DNA of 64,000 bases from NCBI GenBank assembly GCA_948468595.1, contig CAOKIU010000006.1, positions 2,527 to 66,526 on the forward strand. The letters are read 5' to 3'. A program made the translations under genes and the position numbers. The DNA is from an uncultured Christensenella sp. (GTDB lineage: Bacteria > Bacillota > Clostridia > Christensenellales > UBA1750). Under the pieces are notes generated by a model. It did not search any database, was not told the DNA's origin, and saw only the letters and a program-made list of their open reading frames with translations. This document shows positions 57,913 through 64,000 of this stretch, in pieces. The number at the start of each line of letters is the position of its first letter. Position 1 is the first letter of the stretch.

Positions 57913-58949
57913 TGGGCTTGGCGCTGAAAATCGCGGCGGTGCTGGCGGGGTTGTATGCGGCGTTTTTGCTCTGCGGGGGCGTGTACTTTTACGTGTCCGT
58001 GTTGCACCGCACGCGCAAGCAGCACCACGCCGAGACGCCCGAGAGCACCGATCCCTTCAACTGGCTCAGCTACCAGCCTGAGGCGCAGGAGGGGCTCGAC
58101 CAGTTGGCGCGCCTTGACCACGAGGAGGTTTCCGTTCGCTCCTTTGACGGTCTGACGCTGCGCGGGCACCTCTACCCCGTCAAGGGCGCGCGGCGCACCT
58201 TTCTGCTGGCCCACGGCTACCGGTCCACCGGCTATAACGACTTCAACGCCCAGGCGGTCTACTACCTCACGGGGCTGCGCGCCAACGTGCTCATCATCGA
58301 CCAGCGCGCCCACGGCTCTTCGGAGGGCAAGCGCATGGACTTTGGCCTGTCGGAGCGGTTTGACGTGCGCACCTGGGCGGAATTCCTCGTTGAGCGCTTC
58401 GGTCCGGAGCAGGACCTGTTTTTAAACGGCATTTCCATGGGCTGCGCCTCCGTTTTGTTGGCCGCGGAGCTGCCCTTGCCCGCCGCCGTGCGCGGCGTCA
58501 TCGCCGATTGCGGCTATACCTCCCCCTGGGATGAGTTCGCCTACCTCATCAAGTGGGACGCGCACCTGCCCGTGCGGCCGCTCCTTTACGTGGCCGAGGG
58601 CATCACGCGCTGCCTCGCCCACTGGGACTTCCGCTCCGTCACCCCCAAAAAGGCCGTCGCGCGCACCGGGCTTCCGATTCTCTTCCTGCATGGCGGCGCC
58701 GATACCTTTGTGCCCCCTTGGATGACGCGGGAGAACTACGCGGCCTGCGCCTCGGAAAAGGAGCTCCTCATCGTGCCCGGCGCGATACACGCCCAGAGCT
58801 ATTTTGGCGATACGCCCGGCGTACAAGAAAAAATCGCCCGCTTTGTGGAGAAGCACGAGCGCTGGGGCGACGCGGAGCATGAGCGCGCCGCCGCACGGGA
58901 AGAGCCATCCCGCGCGGCCGAGGACGGCACTTCGCGCCTCCCTGGATGA
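57912..58949 (+). CDS. membrane-anchored alpha/beta hydrolase
   Basis: ATGA overlap with the NUDIX stop; N-terminal TM anchor; nucleophile elbow GISMG; FLHGGADTFVP. The last ~19 codons and the stop lie inside the downstream repeat array. Confidence 0.75.
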   Translation: MGLALKIAAVLAGLYAAFLLCGGVYFYVSVLHRTRKQHHAETPESTDPFNWLSYQPEAQEGLDQLARLDHEEVSVRSFDGLTLRGHLYPVKGARRTFLLAHGYRSTGYNDFNAQAVYYLTGLRANVLIIDQRAHGSSEGKRMDFGLSERFDVRTWAEFLVERFGPEQDLFLNGISMGCASVLLAAELPLPAAVRGVIADCGYTSPWDEFAYLIKWDAHLPVRPLLYVAEGITRCLAHWDFRSVTPKKAVARTGLPILFLHGGADTFVPPWMTRENYAACASEKELLIVPGAIHAQSYFGDTPGVQEKIARFVEKHERWGDAEHERAAAREEPSRAAEDGTSRLPG

Positions 58950-59875
58950 CGCACGGGAGATGCGTGGGCCGCGCCTCGGAAGAGGGGCTGCGCGCCGTGC
59001 GATGAACCGTTCGTATTGTGGAAAAACCTAAACGCCGGCGTTGCGGGAAGGAGCTATGCCGCGCGGCTGTCGACGGCAAATTGCGCTCCCTGGATGGCGC
59101 GCGGGAGATAAGGTAAATACCCGAAATGGCGTTGCCAAAGTCTTCGCGCCCTTGACAGACGCGGAAAACTCCGCAATTCGTGCCTTGGAAAAGGAGTGCG
59201 CGCGCGGAGCGACGGATCATTTGTATTTGTGGTAAAACCCGAACGCGGAGTTATGCCGCGCGGCTGACGACGGCACTTCACGCGGCCCCTGGATGGCGCA
59301 CGAGAGATGCGCGCGGAGATAGGGTAAAAACCCCCATAGGGCGTTGCCAAAGCCTTCGCGCCCTTGACAGGCGCGGAAAAACTCCGCAATTCGTGCTTTG
59401 GAAAAAGGGTGTGTGCCGCACGCAGCGCGATGGACTCTTCATATTGTGAAAAACCCGAACGCACTGCGTCGCGAAAAGGAACTATGCCACGCGGCCGCCG
59501 ATGGCACATTGCGCTCCCTGGATGGCGCACGGGAGATAGGGTAAATCCCCGAGAGGGCGTTGCCAGAGCCTTTGCGCTCTCAACAGGCGCGGAAAAATTG
59601 CGCAATTCGTGTCTGGGAAGAGGAGTGCGCGCCGCACGCAGCGCGATGGACTATTCGTAATGTGAAAAACCCGAACGCACCGCGTTGCGGGAAGGAGCTT
59701 TGCCGCGCGACCCGACGGCACATTGCGCCCCCTGGATGACGCACGGGAGATGCGTGGGCCGCGCTTGGCAAGGAGGAGTCGCGCACGGCGGAATGCCCGG
59801 GCAGCGCCACGGATCGCCCACGTTGCGGAGAAACACGAGCCGTGGAGCGACGCGGAGCATGCGCGCGCCGCCCCC
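58895..59875. repeat. complex tandem array: five copies of a ~60-nt core spaced 148-229 bp, three of them with a ~75-nt extra module
   Basis: The core ...GCCGCGCGG..GACGGCA.(A/T)T(T/C)(G/A)CGC..CCCTGGATG(A/G)CGCACG(G/A)GAGAT has CCTGGATG at 58941, 59089, 59288, 59517 and 59731. The motif AAAACC(T/C)(A/G)AACGC recurs at about 59024, 59231, 59449 and 59665. Confidence 0.9.
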
Positions 59876-59877
59876 GC

Positions 59878-59920
59878 AAAAACCGCCCCCGCAGAATCGT
59901 TTCTGCGGGGGCGGTTTTTT
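59878..59920. terminator. strong bidirectional rho-independent terminator
   Basis: AAAAACCGCCCCCGCAGAA TCGT TTCTGCGGGGGCGGTTTTTT. Confidence 0.85.
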
Positions 59921-59928
59921 GCGGGGGG

Positions 59929-60624
59929 CTAGAGCTTGACCATGCGGTAGCCCACGCCCACATGCGTTTGGATGAACTGCGCGTCCTGCGCGCGGGGCTG
60001 AATCTTCTTGCGCAGCGTGGCCATGAACACGCGCAGGGAGGCGATGTCGCTGTCAAAGGCGGTCCCCCAGATCTCGCGCGTGAGGTAGGTGTGCGTGAGC
60101 ACCTTGCCCACGTTGCGGCACAGCAGGCAGAGCAGTTTGTACTCAATGGGCGTAAGGTGCAGCTCCTCGCCGCGCAGGGTGGCGAATCCCGAGGCATAGT
60201 CCACCGTCAGGTCCCCGTTGACAAAGACGGAATCCGCGCTCGCCGCGCCCTCCAGGGACTTGAGCCGCCGCAGCGTCACGCGCAGGCGCGCCAGCAGCTC
60301 CTCCACGGAAAAGGGCTTGGTCAGGTAGTCGTCCGCGCCCGCGTCCAGCGCGTCGATCTTGTCCGAATCCTCGCTGCGGGCGGAGATGACGATGATGGGC
60401 AGCGCCGACCAGGTGCGTATCTTGGCAATGACCTCCACTCCGTCCATATCGGGCAGGCCCAAATCCAGCAGCAGGATGTCCGGCCGGTGCGTCGCGCAGC
60501 AGAGCACGGCCTGCGCGCCGTTTGCGGCGGTCAGATAGCGGTAGCTCTGCGTCTCCAGCGCCGTGACGATGAGGTTTTTCACCGCGTTGTCATCCTCTAC
60601 GACCAAAATCAGCGGTTTATCCAT
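59929..60624 (-). CDS. OmpR/PhoB-family response regulator (KdpE-like)
   Basis: Start moved to the ATG at 60624 (MDKPLILVVEDD...); receiver domain with DLGLPDMDG; winged-helix C-domain. Confidence 0.85.
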   Translation of the reverse strand: MDKPLILVVEDDNAVKNLIVTALETQSYRYLTAANGAQAVLCCATHRPDILLLDLGLPDMDGVEVIAKIRTWSALPIIVISARSEDSDKIDALDAGADDYLTKPFSVEELLARLRVTLRRLKSLEGAASADSVFVNGDLTVDYASGFATLRGEELHLTPIEYKLLCLLCRNVGKVLTHTYLTREIWGTAFDSDIASLRVFMATLRKKIQPRAQDAQFIQTHVGVGYRMVKL

Positions 60625-62113
60625 GGCATTTGATCCTCTCTTCCTGCAAGGTGAAGGTAAAGACCGCGCCGTGCGGGGCGTTGTCCGCAACGCGGATGCT
60701 CCCGCCATGGGCGCTGATGATGGACCGGCAAAGCGCCAGGCCCAGGCCCAGGCCGCGCCGGCCGTCGCTGGTCCCCTTGGCGGTGGTATAGAACATCTCA
60801 AAGACGCGCTGTTTGGCCTCCTGCGGGATGCCGGGGCCGTCGTCCGCGACGCTGACGATGACCTGCCCGCCCTCGGCGCGCGCGCACACGCGGATGGTTG
60901 TCCCCTCGGGCGTGTATTTGATGGCGTTATCGATGAGGTTTACGATCACCTGCACGATGAGCCGCGCGTCGATGCGCGCCATGAGCAGGTCGTCCTCCTG
61001 CTGGGCGGTGATCTGCCGGCCGCCGGCGTATTTTTCCGTGCGCTCCATCGCCTCGGAAATCACCTCGCTCATCAGCTCCGGCCTCAGGTGCAGCGTCATG
61101 CGCCCATCCTCCATGCGCGTGACGGCCAATAGATTCTCCACCGTTCCCAGCAGCCAAAGCGCGTCGTCCCGAATGTCGAGAATGAGCTGGGCCTTTTGCT
61201 CGGGGCTCAGGCGCCCGTCCTGGTCGTGGAGCAGACCCGCGCTGCCCGAAATGCTCGTCAGCGGCGTGCGCAAATCGTGCGAGATGGAGCGCAGCAGGTC
61301 AGCGCGCAGCTTTTCGTCGCGCATTTGCGCCGCCGCCTCCCGCCGCTTCTGATCGTAAAAGTCGCGCTCCAACGTCAGGGCGCATTCGCTGAGCAGGGAG
61401 CGCACCAGGCTGCCCTCCATTTCCGTCAGGGGCCGCTCTCCCGCCGCCACGCCCAGCACGCCGTAGAGGCTCTCCTCGGTTGCCACCGGCCAATACAGGT
61501 ACTCTGCCTGCGCAAAGCGCGCGGTCCTGGCCCCGGCGGCGGTGCGGTTTTCCCGCGTCCACGCGGCGGCCTTCTCATCCAGCGCACCGCCCGGCGCGCC
61601 GTGGAAGCACCGGGGAGCGGAGAGACCCTCGCCCTGCGGCGCGTAGAAGACCACCGGCCGGTCCAGCAGCTGGTTGAGCTGCCCGGCGGTGATGGAGACG
61701 ATCTCCTCCATGCCCGTGGCCTTCAAAAAGAGCTGATCGGTCTCCAGCAGGATGTTGGTGCGGTAGGCCATGCGCTCGCTGTTGCTGGCCAGGGAGCTGA
61801 CCAACAGCGATACGCCGATGAGGATGATGAAATCCATGGGATAGCCGAAGTTATACGCCTCAACCGAATAGCGCGGCGACGCGAATAGAAAATTGAAGAT
61901 CAGCAGGCCCACGGCCGAGGAGGCCATGCTCAGCGTGCGGCTGGCGGTCACAACCGCCGTCAGAAGGATGCCCAGAATGAACAGCGTATAGACGTTGATC
62001 TCCTCCAGGCCCATCAGCTCGAACAGGAAGCCGATGGCCGTCGTGCCCGTGAGGATCATCAGGGTGATGAAGATGTTCTTGCTGGTGAGGCTGCGCCGGG
62101 ATCTCTTGCGCAT
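60617..62113 (-). CDS. sensor histidine kinase, KdpD C-terminal type (DUF4118 membrane domain, GAF-like, HisKA, HATPase) lacking the KdpD N-terminal sensor/USP domains
   Basis: Start moved to the ATG at 62113 after GGAAGGAGGAG; H-box SHDLRTPLTSI; N, G1 and G2 boxes (DNAIKYT, DDGPGIP, GLGLGLALC). Confidence 0.8.
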   Translation of the reverse strand: MRKRSRRSLTSKNIFITLMILTGTTAIGFLFELMGLEEINVYTLFILGILLTAVVTASRTLSMASSAVGLLIFNFLFASPRYSVEAYNFGYPMDFIILIGVSLLVSSLASNSERMAYRTNILLETDQLFLKATGMEEIVSITAGQLNQLLDRPVVFYAPQGEGLSAPRCFHGAPGGALDEKAAAWTRENRTAAGARTARFAQAEYLYWPVATEESLYGVLGVAAGERPLTEMEGSLVRSLLSECALTLERDFYDQKRREAAAQMRDEKLRADLLRSISHDLRTPLTSISGSAGLLHDQDGRLSPEQKAQLILDIRDDALWLLGTVENLLAVTRMEDGRMTLHLRPELMSEVISEAMERTEKYAGGRQITAQQEDDLLMARIDARLIVQVIVNLIDNAIKYTPEGTTIRVCARAEGGQVIVSVADDGPGIPQEAKQRVFEMFYTTAKGTSDGRRGLGLGLALCRSIISAHGGSIRVADNAPHGAVFTFTLQEERIKCHG

Positions 62114-62197
62114 GGCGGCTCCTCCTTCCCCGCCGCAGGCCCTGCGGCGTATAGGTGCATTATGCCACAAACAGAGCCCCGGCGCAATCTGCCGCCG

Positions 62198-62332
62198 TTA
62201 TCCCTTGAGGCCAAAGATGCGCCCCAGCGCGGCGGTGACCAGGATGATGATGCCGATGACCACGAAGATGCCCAGCATCCCCAGGCCCATATAGGTCAGG
62301 TTGTCAACAAAGTTCATGGGTGTAAACTGCAC
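62198..62332 (-). CDS. OadG-like small membrane subunit (not in the ORF track, under 60 aa)
   Basis: GTG 62332 (or ATG 62317) after GGAGGGAGAAG. Product (VQFTP)MNFVDNLTYMGLGMLGIFVVIGIIILVTAALGRIFGLKG has one TM helix and lies directly after the decarboxylase beta gene. Confidence 0.5.
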   Translation of the reverse strand: MQFTPMNFVDNLTYMGLGMLGIFVVIGIIILVTAALGRIFGLKG

Positions 62333-62348
62333 TTGCTTCTCCCTCCCC

Positions 62349-63472
62349 TCAGCCAAAGAAGGTCAGAATCAGGCCGCCCGCGATGACCGAGGCGATCTGA
62401 CCGGAAACGTTGACGCCAATGGAGTGCATCAGAAGGAAGTTCTGCGGGTCCTCCTTCAGCCCCATCTTGTGCACGATGCGCCCCGACATGGGGAAGGCGG
62501 AGATGCCCGCCGCGCCGATCATGGGGTTGATTTTCTTCTTCAAAAAGAGGTTGAGGAACTTGGCAAAGAGCACGCCGCCCGCCGTGTCAAAGATAAAGGC
62601 CACGAGCCCCAGCCCCAGGATGAGCAGCGTTTCCGGCCTTAAGAAATTGGCCGCCTGCATCTGGGAGGCGATGGTCAGCCCCAGGAAGATGGTCACAAGG
62701 TTGGCAAGGACCTTTTGCGCGGTCTCCGACAGGGAGGAGAGCACCCCGCACTCCCGGATGAGGTTGCCGAACATGAGAAAGCCGATCAGCGAGGCGGAGG
62801 AGGGCGCAATCAGCGATGCGATGAGCGCGATGACGATGGGAAAGAGGATGCGCGTGGCCTTGGGCACCTCCCTGCCCTGAACGGGCATGCGGATGAGGCG
62901 CTCCTTGCGCGTGGTGAGCAGGCGGATGATGGGCGGCTGGATGATGGGCACCAGCGCCATGTAGGAATAGGCCGCCACCATGATGGCGCCCAGGTACTTG
63001 GACCCCAGTGCGCCACCACGATGGAGGTCGGGCCGTCCGCCGCGCCGATGACGGCGATGGAGGCCGCGTCGTTGAGATCGAAGAACATGGACGCCGCGCA
63101 CAGCGTGAAGAAAATGCCGAACTGCGCAGCCGCGCCGAAGATCATGAGCTTGGGATTGGAGAGCAGCGGCCCAAAGTCGATCATCGCCCCGATGCCGATG
63201 AATAGAATCAGCGGGAACAGCTCGTTGGCAATGCCCGCGTCAAACAGCGTCAGCAGCGCGCCCTTGCCGCCCATTGCGCTTTGGGCGACTAGGTCCGCGT
63301 TGGGGATGTTGACCAGCAGCGTGCCAAAGCCGATGGGCAGCAGCAGGGTCGGCTCCATATCCTTTTGGATCGCCAGGTAGATCAGCAGCCCGCCGATCCC
63401 CCACATCACCAGGTGCTGCCAGGTGACACAGCCCAGGTTCCCAAACAGAAAATCCAATTTTGATCGCTCCAT
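62349..63472 (-). pseudogene. sodium-ion-translocating decarboxylase beta subunit (OadB/GcdB/MmdB family) with a frameshift
   Basis: Two overlapping minus-strand ORFs (62810-63472 and 62349-63101) together give a collinear OadB. The junction is near 63005-63015, where ...IGAADGPTSIVVA switches frame to ...ALGSKYLGAIMVAAYSYMALVPIIQPPI. Confidence 0.7.
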
Positions 63473-63705
63473 TTCCTTTTTCTTTTGGTTCCAGTATCCA
63501 TTTTATCAGCGGCTGCATAAGGGTGTGATTAAGTCCCGCCAAAGATGCGTTAAGATGGGATAAAGGATCGATGCATCTTTATGGAATCTTTATGTTCTTG
63601 ATGAGATTTTTACGCCGTATTACCGCACGGCTTGTTATATTTTAAGCAAAGATGACGGCGATTGCCCAAGGCCGAAGGACCGACCAAAGAAGAGAGGAGA
63701 GGAAC

Positions 63706-64000
63706 ATGACATCGGTTTGGAAAGAGATCAAGTGGACCAACTTCATCATGCTGACGGTGGCCGGCATTGTCAACGCCATTGGCGTTACGATGTTCCTGGC
63801 GCCCGTTAACCTCTATGACAGCGGCATTTCCGGCACTTCCATGCTGCTTTGGCAGATCACGCCCGAGTGGCTGTCCCTGTCGTTTTTCCTGGTGGTGCTC
63901 AACGTTCCGCTGTTTATCTTCGGCACGCGCAAGCTGGGGTGGGAGTTCACCCTCTATTCCGTCTATGCGGTGCTGATCTACTCGGGGGCCTCGTACCTAA
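63706..64000 (+). CDS. YitT-family membrane protein, N-terminal part (runs off the window)
   Basis: GAGAGGAGAGG before ATG 63706; MTSVWKEIKWTNFIMLTVAGIVNAIGVTMFLAPVNLYDSGISG is a typical YitT start. Confidence 0.7.
   Translation, partial: MTSVWKEIKWTNFIMLTVAGIVNAIGVTMFLAPVNLYDSGISGTSMLLWQITPEWLSLSFFLVVLNVPLFIFGTRKLGWEFTLYSVYAVLIYSGASYL

Noticed and set aside
58895-59875. ORFs within the 59-kb repeat array (for example 59054-59605(-), 59580-60197(-) and 59723-59932(+)).
   Set aside because: They are read-outs of repeat units with no start signals. Similarity of 59723-59932 to the hydrolase tail is explained by the displaced ghost 3-prime end.
42540-59920. Diversity-generating retroelement (VR/TR) explanation for gene 3-prime ends repeated downstream.
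   Set aside because: Differences between the genic and downstream copies include indels and changes at all four bases rather than adenine-specific substitutions. No reverse transcriptase gene is present.
63473-63705. Possible riboswitch upstream of the YitT-family gene (hairpin AAAGATGC...GCATCTTT and a GC-rich segment before the SD).
   Set aside because: I could not match it to any riboswitch consensus I know. One 8-bp stem alone is not sufficient evidence.

Overview
High-GC (roughly 60-65% by eye) chromosomal segment that looks like a Clostridia-class Firmicute. Supporting signs are [FeFe]-hydrogenase maturases, a CD1871A-type micro-protein, a T-box leader and LrgAB. I call about 56 protein genes on both strands, with no rRNA, tRNA, CRISPR array, transposase, integrase or recognisable defence gene. 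Content from start to end:
- YoaP-like GNAT acetyltransferase.
- Unusual TIM-barrel/acyl-CoA-ligase fusion.
- TM1266-type regulator with hydE and hydF.
- Rhamnose cluster: rhaA, a GH78-like rhamnosidase and two TIM-barrel isomerase-like proteins. It is interrupted by a candidate Mn riboswitch driving a CaCA exchanger.
- K+ channel and a PNPOx-like protein in a low-GC islet.
- Rhodanese-TlpA lipoprotein, CXXC micro-protein and a polytopic 4Fe-4S protein.
- Two paralogous membrane proteins flanking a low-GC insert.
- An RHH-protein-clpB operon.
- M3 oligoendopeptidase.
- Atypical Opp-like ABC importer.
- AraC/GH4/MFS sugar locus.
- T-box-controlled leuA.
- Amidohydrolase, RraA-like protein, MazG-like protein, gpsA, an enolase-superfamily enzyme and aminopeptidase P.
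- lrgAB, a NUDIX protein, an alpha/beta hydrolase and a KdpDE-like two-component pair.
- A frameshifted OadB with a small OadG-like gene, and a partial YitT gene at the window edge.

The most unusual signal is non-genic. At five gene 3-prime junctions (about 9.2, 15.3, 42.6, 45.5 and 59 kb) the terminator zone is tandemly duplicated or expanded. At three of these, decaying ghost copies of the neighbouring gene's 3-prime end remain, and in one case the repeat supplies the present stop codon. Other items worth checking:
- A DnaA-box-like or iteron cluster at 52.2 kb.
- A 41-nt identical patch between otherwise diverged paralogues.
- An in-frame TGA in a membrane-protein frame.

All functional calls come from motif and family recognition by eye, and no searches were run.
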